From contig JAJQAS010000223.1 in the NCBI GenBank assembly GCA_021203685.1, positions 7,207 through 56,971 on the forward strand: 49,765 nucleotides of DNA, written 5' to 3'. The position numbers and the translations under genes are program-made. The DNA is from Clostridiales bacterium. GTDB taxonomy: Bacteria; Bacillota; Clostridia; Oscillospirales; Oscillospiraceae. How positions within the stretch are numbered: position 1 is the first letter of the stretch; each line of letters starts with the position of its first letter. The notes beneath the pieces were generated by a model. That model made no database searches and had not been told where the DNA came from. It worked only from the letters and a program-made list of their open reading frames with translations. Positions 9,023 through 21,484 of this stretch are shown one piece after another.

Positions 9023-10108
9023 ATGAAGTTGTCGGATGAACTGGCGTTGTCCTACTATAAAACAGTGGCAGAGATCGACTCCGCCCATTCTGTCCAGCTG
9101 GTACAGCACATCGAAACCAAAAAATTTGCGGTCAAAAAGCATCTCACGGTCTATCACCTGGACATTTACCGGGCGCTGCAAGCCGTCCCCATCCGCAACA
9201 CACCCCGCATCTACCTGCTTGCGGAGGACGAGACCGGTCTGACCATCATCGAGGAATACCTTCCAGGCGACACATTGCAGGAGTTGGTGGACCGACATGG
9301 CCCTCTGCCAGAGGAGCAGGTCCTGAACTATGCGATCCAGCTCTGCCAAATCGTTTCCGCGCTGCACCATCGGGAGCCACCCATCATCCACCGGGACATC
9401 AAGCCCTCCAACGTCATCCTTTCGCCGGACGGTGTCATCAAGCTGCTGGACATGAACGCGGCCAAGCACGCCGTGCCCAGCCAGACCCGCGACACGGTGC
9501 TGATGGGTACGGTGGGGTTTGCCGCCCCGGAACAGTACGGTTTTGGCCCGTCTGGCGCACAGAGCGATCTGTTCGCCGTGGGGGTGCTGATGAATGTGCT
9601 GGCGACCGGATCACTCCCGGCGGAACGGCGGGCAGGGGGCAGGCTGGCCCCGGTCATACAGAGGTGCATCGAACTGGACCCGGCGAACCGGTATGGCAGC
9701 ATAGACGACCTGCGGTCGGAACTGACCCGCCTCCAATCGGAGAGCGACGGCAAAACAGTTTCGGCCCATGTACAGACCTGGCGGCGTTCCCTGCCCCCGG
9801 GATTCCGCAGCGGCTCCATCACCCATATGGTCATCGCGTTGATCGGATACGCCGCCATGATCTTCATCGGCTGGTGCCTGGAGATGGAGAACATGACGCC
9901 CTTCGCCCTGACCGTCAACCGCCTTGCCATCATTGTGATCGAGCTGTCTGTGGTCTTTTTCTCCGCAGATTATCGCGGTGTCCAGGCCCATTTGCCGCTG
10001 ACCAGAAACAAAAATCCAGTGATCCACTTTATTGGCATCGTGGTCTATGACGTCGTCATAGTCTTTGCGTTGTTTATGCTTTTAATCGTCTACGACGCCA
10101 GCCTGTAA
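9023..10108 (+). CDS. Hanks-type Ser/Thr protein kinase with C-terminal transmembrane helices
   Basis: AVKK, IEEY..GDTL, HRDIKPSN, LLDMN (DFG position), GTVGFAAPEQY, SDLFAVG, DPANR; three hydrophobic segments at the C-terminus. Confidence 0.9.
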   Translation: MKLSDELALSYYKTVAEIDSAHSVQLVQHIETKKFAVKKHLTVYHLDIYRALQAVPIRNTPRIYLLAEDETGLTIIEEYLPGDTLQELVDRHGPLPEEQVLNYAIQLCQIVSALHHREPPIIHRDIKPSNVILSPDGVIKLLDMNAAKHAVPSQTRDTVLMGTVGFAAPEQYGFGPSGAQSDLFAVGVLMNVLATGSLPAERRAGGRLAPVIQRCIELDPANRYGSIDDLRSELTRLQSESDGKTVSAHVQTWRRSLPPGFRSGSITHMVIALIGYAAMIFIGWCLEMENMTPFALTVNRLAIIVIELSVVFFSADYRGVQAHLPLTRNKNPVIHFIGIVVYDVVIVFALFMLLIVYDASL

Positions 10109-10245
10109 ACGGCTGTTCTTATCTTACCACATTGTGTCTGCTATTTCCACCCATTCCGCCGCAACTCTCTCGTCGAGTTGCGGGAATCATCTGTCAGAAG
10201 GAACTGTTACGAAGGGCCAATCGCTCATACAGCGGGAGAATGAAC

Positions 10246-11229
10246 ATGAACACAGAGTTGTTCCGAATGCTGAAACGAATCACGCCGGAGGAAAAGGCCG
10301 CCCTGGACGGCCAGAAAAATGTCCAGTGGTCGATCTATACCGATGCGCCGCAGCAAAGCGTCATCGAGCACGAGAAGCTGCTGACGGAGAACCGGCTCAT
10401 CACAGCGCGCAAACACACCCGGTTCGTCTACTTTCCGCCCCATACCCACGACTACGTGGAGTTTTTCTGTGTGCTGTCCGGTTCCATCACCCATCGCGTG
10501 GAGGGGAGAGAGCTGGTGGTCTCCAGTGGAGAGCTGCTGCTGATGAACCAGCACACCGAACACGAGATCCTTCCCTGCGGGGCGGACGACCTGGCCATCA
10601 ACCTGATTATTATGCCGTCTTTCTTTGAGGAAGTGCGGCAGATGGTGGGGCGGGACAACTTTTTGGCGGAATTTATGTTGAATATCCTCCAGCAGGAGGA
10701 CAGCGCCGCCCAATACCTCTATTTCGCCGTTGCGGACGACCTGTGCATCCAGAACCTGGTAGAAAACATCGTCTACACCATCCTCTGCAAGCAGCACAAT
10801 GAGGAGCGGGTGCTGAGCGTCTCGGTAGCGCTGCTGTTCCTGCACCTGTTGAACGCGGCGGAGCAGGTGCAAATTCCCATCAAAGCTACACAGGAGCAGG
10901 GGAACGCACTGGTTCTGGCCGCAGAGCAGTACATCCGTGAAGAATACCGGGGCGGTACCCTAAATGAGCTGGCCCGCCGCATCGGATATTCCGCGCCCGC
11001 CCTGAGCCGACTGATCAAAAAGTACACCGGCACGACGTTCAAGGAATTGCAGACAAAACAGCGCATGGAACAGGTGATGCACCTGCTGCGGGATACCGAC
11101 CAGCCCATCAACGAAATCGCCGCCTCAGTGGGCTACGAAAACCAGAGCTTTTTCTATAAGCGGTTTCAGCGGGAATTTGGCATGAGCCCGAAAGAGGCGC
11201 GCCAGAAGCTGCGAAACCGTGTGACCTGA
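10246..11229 (+). CDS. AraC family transcriptional regulator with cupin sensor domain
   Basis: H.HDYVEF cupin motif; C-terminal dual HTH (LNELARRIGYSAPALSRLIKK; IAASVGYENQSFFYKRF..EFGMSP). Confidence 0.9.
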   Translation: MNTELFRMLKRITPEEKAALDGQKNVQWSIYTDAPQQSVIEHEKLLTENRLITARKHTRFVYFPPHTHDYVEFFCVLSGSITHRVEGRELVVSSGELLLMNQHTEHEILPCGADDLAINLIIMPSFFEEVRQMVGRDNFLAEFMLNILQQEDSAAQYLYFAVADDLCIQNLVENIVYTILCKQHNEERVLSVSVALLFLHLLNAAEQVQIPIKATQEQGNALVLAAEQYIREEYRGGTLNELARRIGYSAPALSRLIKKYTGTTFKELQTKQRMEQVMHLLRDTDQPINEIAASVGYENQSFFYKRFQREFGMSPKEARQKLRNRVT

Positions 11230-11604
11230 CGGGAACCCGTCTCAACGTTCATTGTCGATGAGACAGGGAGGTTTTGCAACATTTTCAAACTGCTGTGCAA
11301 ATTGAGCAAAATCTGTCAGTGCATCGGATAAAATTTGTCATTTCATTGAACACCGACTTCCTTTATAATAGCAGCATCCGGTCACAAAAGGCCGCACAGG
11401 GCGTGTGGAGGACGGAATGTACCTCTTTCACAGGCAAAAAGGAAACCGTTCCATTTATGGAACTATAATTGACAAAACTGGCTCCGTCGTTTATGCTATA
11501 AGCAGACAACGAACCTCTGTTCTCCGCGACCGATGTGGGGACAGCGGCATAGAAGCAACCATCCACCTCATCGTTTTGCCACAGCGCAAGAAAGGAAGTT
11601 CCTT

Positions 11605-12747
11605 ATGGTCAATCGTTTTGTACTCAACGGCATCTCTTATCACGGCAAAGGGGCCATTCAGGAGATCCCCGGTCTGGTCCAGGCCAAGGGCCTGAACAAG
11701 GCGTTCATCGCCTCCGACCCCGATCTGGTCAAGTTCGGCGTCACCAAGAAGGTCACCGACCTGCTGGACGCGGCGGGCATGGCTTATGAGGTCTATTCCG
11801 ACATCAAGCCCAACCCCACCATCGAGAACGTCCTCTCCGGCGTGGAAGCCTACAAAGCCTCCGGCGCGGACTACATGATCACCATCGGCGGCGGCTCCTC
11901 CATGGACACCGGCAAGGCCATCGGCATCATCATCAACAACCCGGAGTTCGCGGACGTTCGCTCTCTGGAGGGCGTGGCCCCCACCAAGAACCGCACCGTC
12001 TACACCATCGCCGTCCCCACCACCGCCGGCACCGCCGCTGAGGCCACCATCAACTACGTCATCACTGACGTGCAGAAAAAGCGCAAGTTCGTCTGCGTGG
12101 ACGTGAACGACATCCCCGACATCGCCATCGTGGACCCGGATATGATGTCCACCATGCCCAAGGGCCTGACCGCATCCACCGGCATGGACGCTCTGACCCA
12201 CGCCATCGAGGGCTACACCACCAAGGCCGCCTGGGAGCTGGCCGACTGCCTGAACCTGGAGGCCATCAAGCTCATCTCCAAGAACCTGCGCGCCGCCGTC
12301 AAGAACGAGCAGGAAGGCCGGGAGGGTATGGCTCTGGGTCAGTTCGTCACCGGCATGGCCTTCTCCAACGTGGGCCTGGGCATCGCCCACTCCATGGCCC
12401 ACACCCTGGGCGCGGTGTATGACACCCCCCACGGCGTGGCCTGCGCCATGATGCTGCCCATCGTCATGGAGTACAACGCCGACGCCACCGGCACCAAGTT
12501 CAAGGACATCGCCGAGGCGATGGGCGTGGACACCACCGGCATGGACCAGGAGACCTACCGCAAAGCCGCCATCGACGCCGTCAAGCAGCTCTCCGCCGAC
12601 GTGGGCATCCCCACCAAGCTGGAGAAGATGAAAGAAGAAGATTTGGACTTCCTGGCCCAGTCCGCCGCCGCCGACGCCTGCGCCCCCGGCAACCCCAAGG
12701 AGGCCAGCATCGAGGACTTCAAGACCCTGTTCCGCAAGCTGATGTAA
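11605..12747 (+). CDS. fucO: Lactaldehyde reductase (iron-containing alcohol dehydrogenase)
   Basis: M.NRFVLN.ISYHG.GAI start, GGGSSMD, VPTTAGTAAE, GMDALTHAIEGY, FSNVGLG..HSMAH, HGVAC. Confidence 0.9.
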   Translation: MVNRFVLNGISYHGKGAIQEIPGLVQAKGLNKAFIASDPDLVKFGVTKKVTDLLDAAGMAYEVYSDIKPNPTIENVLSGVEAYKASGADYMITIGGGSSMDTGKAIGIIINNPEFADVRSLEGVAPTKNRTVYTIAVPTTAGTAAEATINYVITDVQKKRKFVCVDVNDIPDIAIVDPDMMSTMPKGLTASTGMDALTHAIEGYTTKAAWELADCLNLEAIKLISKNLRAAVKNEQEGREGMALGQFVTGMAFSNVGLGIAHSMAHTLGAVYDTPHGVACAMMLPIVMEYNADATGTKFKDIAEAMGVDTTGMDQETYRKAAIDAVKQLSADVGIPTKLEKMKEEDLDFLAQSAAADACAPGNPKEASIEDFKTLFRKLM

Positions 12748-12777
12748 GGGACTGCCGCAGAGCACCCTAAACGACGG

Positions 12778-12812
12778 ATTCCCCACAGGAGCATACCTGT
12801 GGGGAATTTTTT
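12778..12812 (+). terminator. Terminator between fucO and the convergent esterase gene
   Basis: ATTCCCCACAGG / CCTGTGGGGAAT stem followed by a T-run. Confidence 0.8.
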
Positions 12813-12851
12813 GAATAGTTTTGTATAGGTTTTCGTATATAAAAATTGAAA

Positions 12852-13811
12852 TTATTTGAGGTTTTTGTCCAGCCAGCCCCACAGCACGTTCATATTCCAC
12901 TCGCTGGAATACTCCTTGTCCTCATGGTCGGCGTGGGGCAGGGGAACGAACTCCACCCGGCCCTGGCCCAGCTTCTGGTAGATGGCGTTGACAAAGTTGA
13001 CGCTCTGCACAAAGGGCACCAGCCGGTCCATGCATCCGTGCTCCACCAGCATGGGAGCCATGGCGTCGCTGATGTAGGCGGCGGGGTTGGCCTTGGCCAG
13101 CCATTCGTCGGAAAGGGTGGGCAGCGCGCCGCCCATGTAAGCGCTTTCGGCGGAGTCAGCCTGGTCGTGATCCACAAAGCTGACGCCGTTGGCCCGGGCC
13201 TGGTCGTCCATGGGGCGGAAATCCATGGGGCCGAACTGGTCCACCGCGGCCTGGACGGAGCAGTCGCCCTCCAGCGTCAGATCTTCCTCACCGGGGAACT
13301 GGCCGTTGGGGATGTTCATGCCCATCATTGCCGCCAGGTTGCCTCCGGCGCTGCCGCCCAGGGCGCAGATGCGGTCAGGGTCGATGGAATACTCCGCCGC
13401 GTTCCGCCGCAGGAAACGGAACGCCTCCCGGCAGTCCAGCACGGCGGCGGGGAAAATGGCTTCGCCGCTGAGCCGGTACTCCACTGAGGCGATGGCGTAC
13501 CCGTGGGAGAGGCCCTGCAAATAGGTGTCCATGTGGTCGTCCCGCTTGTCGCCCATGCCGAAGCCGCCGCCGTGCAGATGGACCACCACCGGGAAGGGGC
13601 CTTCACCCTCTTCCGGCAGATAGAGGTCCAGCCGCTGGGCAGGGGACTGGTGGGCATAGGGAATGTCCAGATATTTGCGCTTCACCCAGCTGATGTCCGC
13701 CATTTTCATCTCCACGGCAGGCGCGTCGCCCTCTGCGGGGGCGTCGAACCGGAGGGAGCCTTCCAGCTTGTCGTAATCTTCCAGGCTAAAGCCTTTCGTT
13801 TCTTCGCTCAT
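12852..13811 (-). CDS. Alpha/beta hydrolase (HSL-like esterase)
   Basis: LDLYLP, HGGGF..GDK, EYRLS.EA.FPA, GGSAGG nucleophile elbow, HG..D..VP, H near the C-terminus. Confidence 0.9.
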   Translation of the reverse strand: MSEETKGFSLEDYDKLEGSLRFDAPAEGDAPAVEMKMADISWVKRKYLDIPYAHQSPAQRLDLYLPEEGEGPFPVVVHLHGGGFGMGDKRDDHMDTYLQGLSHGYAIASVEYRLSGEAIFPAAVLDCREAFRFLRRNAAEYSIDPDRICALGGSAGGNLAAMMGMNIPNGQFPGEEDLTLEGDCSVQAAVDQFGPMDFRPMDDQARANGVSFVDHDQADSAESAYMGGALPTLSDEWLAKANPAAYISDAMAPMLVEHGCMDRLVPFVQSVNFVNAIYQKLGQGRVEFVPLPHADHEDKEYSSEWNMNVLWGWLDKNLK

Positions 13812-13912
13812 TGTGATCCATCCTTTCTGTAGTAGGTATAAAGGTATAAAAGCCGGGACAAACAGGGCGTTTCGCGCCCGGTGCCCCGGCCAGGGGAGAT
13901 TGCTTATATCGT

Positions 13913-15271
13913 TTATCTATCCATGGGTGGCTTCTCGCCCAGGCTGGCGCGGATCTGCGGCAGATACTTCTCCACGTCCATCAGCAGGACGCCCAGCAGC
14001 AGCACGACGGAGACGATGGCGCCCAGCCAGCCATAGCCGAAGCGAACGGCGGAGACCACGGCGTCAGACTGCACAGCGGCGGTGGCGTCGTAGCCCACGG
14101 CGGCCAGTACCCAGGCGGTGCAGGCGGAACCGAAGCCGATGCCGATCTTGGAGCCGATAGACTGGGAGGAACCCATCAGGCCCTCGGAACGGATGCCGGT
14201 CTTCCACTCGCCATAGTCGGCGGCGTCCGCGCAGAAGGCATACAGGCCGGCGAACATGGGGCCAATGCCAATGGAGCGGAGGATGGTACCGGCCAGCAGC
14301 AGGTTGGTGTTGGTGTCGGCGATGCCGATGATGCAGAAGCCCAAGATCATAACCAGCGCGCCGCAGGCCATAAACGCCCGCTTGGAAAACTTGTTGGAGA
14401 AATAGGGCATGAAGAACAGGACGATGATACCGGGGAGCTGCCCCACGCTCATCAGAGTGGTCATGTACATGGGGTCGCCCAGGACGATATTGCAGTAATA
14501 GACCAGGAAGGCGATGGCGTTGGCGTTGACGAACAGGGTCAGGGCGCCCAAAATCAGGGCGATCCAGAAATATTTGTTTTTGAATACCGCGGGGAGCTGC
14601 TCCTTCATGGGGAGGGTGTCCTTGGGTTTGCCCTCGGTGACATCCATGCCGACGGTCTCTTCACAGACCAGGCCGGGGATGAGGATGAGCACACCGGAGA
14701 GGAGGCCCAGGATGATACCGGTCATGGTCCAGCCAAAGTTGAGCTGGAGGGCGGTGATCATGGTACCCACCACCAGGCCCACGGCATTGTTGATGATGGA
14801 GGAGACGGTGGAGGTGGTGTTGCGGTCCTTGAAGTCACGGGTCATGCGGGCCAGCAGGGCGGTGTGGGCCACGCCGAAGATGGTGTAGACGATGCAGTTC
14901 AGGAAGATGTAGGTGGCATAGGCGTAGACCAGCTTCAGGGCCTCGCTCCAGCTCTGGGGAACGCTGAGGATGAGGATGATGCCGATACACATCAGGGGCG
15001 CGGCGATGATGAGCCAGGGGCGCGCCTTGCCCCATTTGGTGTTGGTTTTGTCCACGATGCCGCCCATGGTCAGGTCGGTGACGCCGTCCAGCAGACGGCA
15101 GACCACGAACATGGTGCCGATGGCCGCCGCGCCGATCAGCGCGGTGTCGGTGTAGTAGCTCAGCAGAAAGGATGCCAGCAGCGTGCTCATCACGTTGCCG
15201 CCGCCTGCGCCGCAGCCGTAGCAGATCTTTTTCCAGAACGGTATCTTTGCGCTTTCAACTGTCTGGTTCAT
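13913..15271 (-). CDS. MFS glycoside-pentoside-hexuronide (GPH/MelB-like) cation symporter
   Basis: YYTD, RLLDGVTD..MG.IVDKT.TKWGKARPW, DAADYGEWKTG.R.EG; many TM segments; start after GGAGG. Confidence 0.9.
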   Translation of the reverse strand: MNQTVESAKIPFWKKICYGCGAGGGNVMSTLLASFLLSYYTDTALIGAAAIGTMFVVCRLLDGVTDLTMGGIVDKTNTKWGKARPWLIIAAPLMCIGIILILSVPQSWSEALKLVYAYATYIFLNCIVYTIFGVAHTALLARMTRDFKDRNTTSTVSSIINNAVGLVVGTMITALQLNFGWTMTGIILGLLSGVLILIPGLVCEETVGMDVTEGKPKDTLPMKEQLPAVFKNKYFWIALILGALTLFVNANAIAFLVYYCNIVLGDPMYMTTLMSVGQLPGIIVLFFMPYFSNKFSKRAFMACGALVMILGFCIIGIADTNTNLLLAGTILRSIGIGPMFAGLYAFCADAADYGEWKTGIRSEGLMGSSQSIGSKIGIGFGSACTAWVLAAVGYDATAAVQSDAVVSAVRFGYGWLGAIVSVVLLLGVLLMDVEKYLPQIRASLGEKPPMDR

Positions 15272-15513
15272 AATAATAGTTCCTCCTTTGTGTCTCATTG
15301 GGCTAATTGTCAAAAACCTGACTGTAAAAATATTATATTCTGCACACAGTTGACAAACAATTCTTTTTTGATATATAATTGATTCCAATATAGAATCGAC
15401 CATTGAACTGTCGTTCCATAGGAAGAAGCCGCTGGCTGCCAGCCGCGCACCGCAGGCGAGCGGCGGACAACAGGAGGACCGTCCGGCTTTTTCCATACAG
15501 GGAGGTTTTGCAC

Positions 15514-16458
15514 ATGGAAATTTCTTATTTTCGAGAGTTCGTCGTTCTGGCGGAGACCAGAAATTTCGGTGAGGCAGCGGAGCGGCTCTTCATCGGCCAG
15601 TCCTCTCTTTCCAAGCATATCAAGACGTTGGAGACCCAGCTGGGACAGCCCCTCTTTGTGCGCACCTCCCGCAAGGTGGATTTGACCCCCTTCGGGGAGG
15701 TCATGCTTCCTTACGCCCAGTCCATCGCCAGGCTGCAATATGAGTACGAAACGGCGGCCTTCAACTTCTGCAACCGGGACACCGCCCCGCTGGAGATCGC
15801 CACCATCCCGGTAATGGCCCACTACGGCCTGATCGACGCCCTGATGCAGTTCAAACAGGACCACCCCTCCCTGCAGGTGAACATCCACGAGGCGGATTCC
15901 CTGGTAGCCCGGGAGCTGCTGCTGGACCGCACCTGCGAGCTGGTCTTTTACCGGGAAAGCCAGGCGTATATGGAGCGCGACCCGGAGAAGGAGCGGCAGA
16001 TGGTCAAGCTCCCCTTCGTCACCGACCGGCTGCTGGCGGTCCTTCCCCCGGAGCACCCCCTGTGCGAAGCCGCAGGGCTCGAGCTGTCCCAGCTGGAGGG
16101 GGAGAGCTTTGCCATGTTCCCTCCCGGTACGCTGCCCTATAACGTGTGTATGCGGGCCTGTCAGGAGGCCGGGTTCCTCCCCAACGTGATCTTCACCTCC
16201 AACAATCTGGAGGCCATTCTGGATACCGTGCGCCGGGGCAGCTGTGTGGCGCTGCTGTTCACCCACCACATGAACTTCCCCCATCGGGTGGATTTCGGGG
16301 ATCATCCTCCCTTTGTGGAGGTGCCCGTTGTCCCCGCCATCAAAACCAGTCTCTACCTCTGCCACCGCAAGGGTGAGCCGCTCTCCGCCGCTGCCGCGTA
16401 CTTCATCGAGTACTGCAAGCAGGTCAAGACTCGGTTTGACGAGACTGCCGCCAATTAG
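15514..16458 (+). CDS. LysR family transcriptional regulator
   Basis: FVVLAETRNFGEAAERLFIGQSSLSKHIKTLE..LG..LF.RTSRKV.LT; RBS GGAGG; divergent from the transporter. Confidence 0.93.
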   Translation: MEISYFREFVVLAETRNFGEAAERLFIGQSSLSKHIKTLETQLGQPLFVRTSRKVDLTPFGEVMLPYAQSIARLQYEYETAAFNFCNRDTAPLEIATIPVMAHYGLIDALMQFKQDHPSLQVNIHEADSLVARELLLDRTCELVFYRESQAYMERDPEKERQMVKLPFVTDRLLAVLPPEHPLCEAAGLELSQLEGESFAMFPPGTLPYNVCMRACQEAGFLPNVIFTSNNLEAILDTVRRGSCVALLFTHHMNFPHRVDFGDHPPFVEVPVVPAIKTSLYLCHRKGEPLSAAAAYFIEYCKQVKTRFDETAAN

Positions 16459-16618
16459 GGAACCTCTGATTAAATAACTCCCGGCGTCTGGACGGCATAT
16501 TTCGTGCAACTCTTCGTTGCGAAATCTTGAAATCCACAAAGGATTCCTGCGATTTCGCGCCTCGATTTGCGCAAAATCTGCTCGCCCAGCCATCCAAGGC
16601 CATTTAATCAGAGCTTCC
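16459..16618. mobile_element. 160-bp non-autonomous MITE, IS5-subgroup-like ends
   Basis: 17-bp terminal inverted repeats GGAACCTCTGATTAAAT / ATTTAATCAGAGCTTCC (1 mismatch), flanked by TTAG direct repeats (16455-16458, 16619-16622). Confidence 0.75.
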
Positions 16619-16737
16619 TTAGCAATGTGCAATTTGCAATGAATAGAAAACAAGTAAAATTTCCTGGCGTACGGCAGTGGAAGGAGCTTGTTTGCGTGAT
16701 AGCTGCACATTGCCAACTGCTCATTGCAAATTGAATT
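16619..16737 (+). repeat. Heptamer-type array (CAATGTG/CAATTTG) with a partly complementary downstream arm
   Basis: AGCAATGTGCAATTTGCAATGA at 16621 and CATTGC...TCATTGCAAATTG at 16708-16733. Confidence 0.55.
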
Positions 16738-16877
16738 TAAATCGATTCCAAAAGGGAAAGAGAAAAAGAAAAAATGGAATTGCGCTTTTTGGTGATTCTG
16801 TCTAAACTATAAGGCAGAAGCACCTCGTTCATTTGTGACTAATTCGTGAATTGAGATTTTTCAAAGGAGTGATACGT

Positions 16878-18599
16878 ATGAAACCCTATATCCCCATCCT
16901 GAACACCACCCTGGAGTTGGCGGACTGCCGGGACAAATGGTTCCTGGACGAGACCTACCACTGCTGGTGTCTGGAAGACATCCTCTACACCCTCAAGGCC
17001 GCCACCCCCAAGTTTCAGCGGATGAGCATTTTCGTACCGGAAGCCTACCTGAACGCCGACGGTTCCGTCAATCCTGACGGCGTCTGCGGGAACTACACCG
17101 CGAAAACCGCCCCGGTGATCTTCGAGAACAACTCCGCCGGGTACATGCAGATGCCCCACACCTGGCTGGGCGGCCCCCGGGATGAAGCCCCCAAGTACCT
17201 GCAGCGGGGCATGGTCTACGTCACCTGCGGCAGCCGGGGGCGGGAGTCCCGGGACCAGGAGGGAAAGCTCTGCGGCAAGTCCCCCTGGACGCTCATCGAC
17301 CTGAAAACCGGCATCCGGTTCCTGCGGCACAACGCCGCCGTCCTCCCCGGCGACATGGGACATATGGTCTCCGTGGGCTGGAGCGCAGGCGGAGCCATGT
17401 CCGCGCTGATCTCCGTCACCGGCGACCACCCGGATTATCTGCCCTACCTGGAGCAAAACGGGGCTTTTATGGACCAATCCGACGCGGTTTTCGCCGGGCA
17501 GATCTACTGCCCCATCATCGACCTGGACCACGCTGACCTGGCCTATGAGTGGCAGTTCCAGAACGACCCGGAGAACGAATCCTCTCCCGCCGGGCCTGCC
17601 GGAACCTTCACTCCCTTCCAGGCGGCGCTGTCCCGGAAGATGGCTGCGGCGTACATCCCCTATTTCAACAGTCTGGGCCTGAAAAACCCGGAGACCGGCG
17701 AACCGCTGGTGCTCAATGAGGACGGGCGCAGCGGTTCCGGCTACGACTACCTGATGGCGCAGTTGGAGAAATCTGTTGCGGGCTTCCTTTCCCGGCTGGA
17801 CCGGGGCGAACTGCCGGAGCAGTACACCTCCGCCGACTACCTCGTTGGCAACTACATCCACAAGGTCGATGCCCCTAAGCCAGACGACGGGCCGGGGGAA
17901 AAGGACGACGTTGGTCTGCATCACGCCGGTGCGGCGGTGGCCATGCCCCCGCTGGATGGCGACAAACCCGCCGGGCCTCCCAGCCTGGGTGACCTGGTTT
18001 CCCGTCCCCCCAAGGGCGTACCCTATCATGGGCTGGAGTTCCCCATGGTGGACGCTCCCGGTACGGACAAGACCGCCTGGCTCACCTGGGACGGCCAGAA
18101 AGCCGCCATTTCCGATTTGGATACCTATATTCTGAACCACCGCCGCCGGATGAAGCCCTGCACCAGCTTCGACACCCTGGGCATGGACAGCGGCGAAAAC
18201 CAGGAGTTCGGCACCCCCGAAGCGGATTACCTGCACTTTGACCCCTACATCCCCGCACTGCTGGACGAGCTGCGGGCTGACTTCCCCGACGAGGTGGCCC
18301 AGGTCTATGACAGCTGGGCCAGGGTGCCGGGCGACGCTGACCTGGCCATCCGCCGCTCCCTCATCAACCCCATGGACTATATGGGCAAGCTGGACCAGTG
18401 CGCGCCCGCAGGGCATTACCGCATCAACGTGGGCGCCTCCGACGCCGACACCGCCTTCACCATCTCCATGTCGCTGGCCGTCAAGCTGGCGAACCTGGGC
18501 AAAGACGTGGAATACCATTTGGTTTGGGATAAGCCCCACTGCGAGGCGGATTACCCCTTTGAGGTCTGCGACTGGGTCGAACAGATCTGTCGTGACTGA
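16878..18599 (+). CDS. Subtype B tannase-like esterase (alpha/beta hydrolase)
   Basis: TAPVIFEN..AGY, GMVYV..GSRGR, GKSPWTLIDLKTGIRFLRHN...LPGD, GWSAGG, CPIIDLDHADLAYEW, RINVG..D.DT, W...H; no signal peptide; RBS AAAGGAG. Confidence 0.8.
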   Translation: MKPYIPILNTTLELADCRDKWFLDETYHCWCLEDILYTLKAATPKFQRMSIFVPEAYLNADGSVNPDGVCGNYTAKTAPVIFENNSAGYMQMPHTWLGGPRDEAPKYLQRGMVYVTCGSRGRESRDQEGKLCGKSPWTLIDLKTGIRFLRHNAAVLPGDMGHMVSVGWSAGGAMSALISVTGDHPDYLPYLEQNGAFMDQSDAVFAGQIYCPIIDLDHADLAYEWQFQNDPENESSPAGPAGTFTPFQAALSRKMAAAYIPYFNSLGLKNPETGEPLVLNEDGRSGSGYDYLMAQLEKSVAGFLSRLDRGELPEQYTSADYLVGNYIHKVDAPKPDDGPGEKDDVGLHHAGAAVAMPPLDGDKPAGPPSLGDLVSRPPKGVPYHGLEFPMVDAPGTDKTAWLTWDGQKAAISDLDTYILNHRRRMKPCTSFDTLGMDSGENQEFGTPEADYLHFDPYIPALLDELRADFPDEVAQVYDSWARVPGDADLAIRRSLINPMDYMGKLDQCAPAGHYRINVGASDADTAFTISMSLAVKLANLGKDVEYHLVWDKPHCEADYPFEVCDWVEQICRD

Positions 18600-18680
18600 T
18601 GATAGCTTTCCTGTTCTTTTCACCTCACGCGACCCCAGCAAAGGCGCCGGACAGAACCGAAGTTCTGCCCGGCGGCCAAC

Positions 18681-18717
18681 AAAAAGCACCCAGAACCGCA
18701 GTTCTGAGTGCTTTTTT
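18681..18717. terminator. Bidirectional terminator between the tannase gene and the atp operon
   Basis: AAAAA-GCACCCAGAAC-CGCA-GTTCTGAGTGC-TTTTTT. Confidence 0.75.
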
Positions 18718-18737
18718 GACGTGTAAAGCGTTATTCC

Positions 18738-21472
<2,735 letters not shown>

Positions 21473-21484
21473 ACGCTCACCCGC

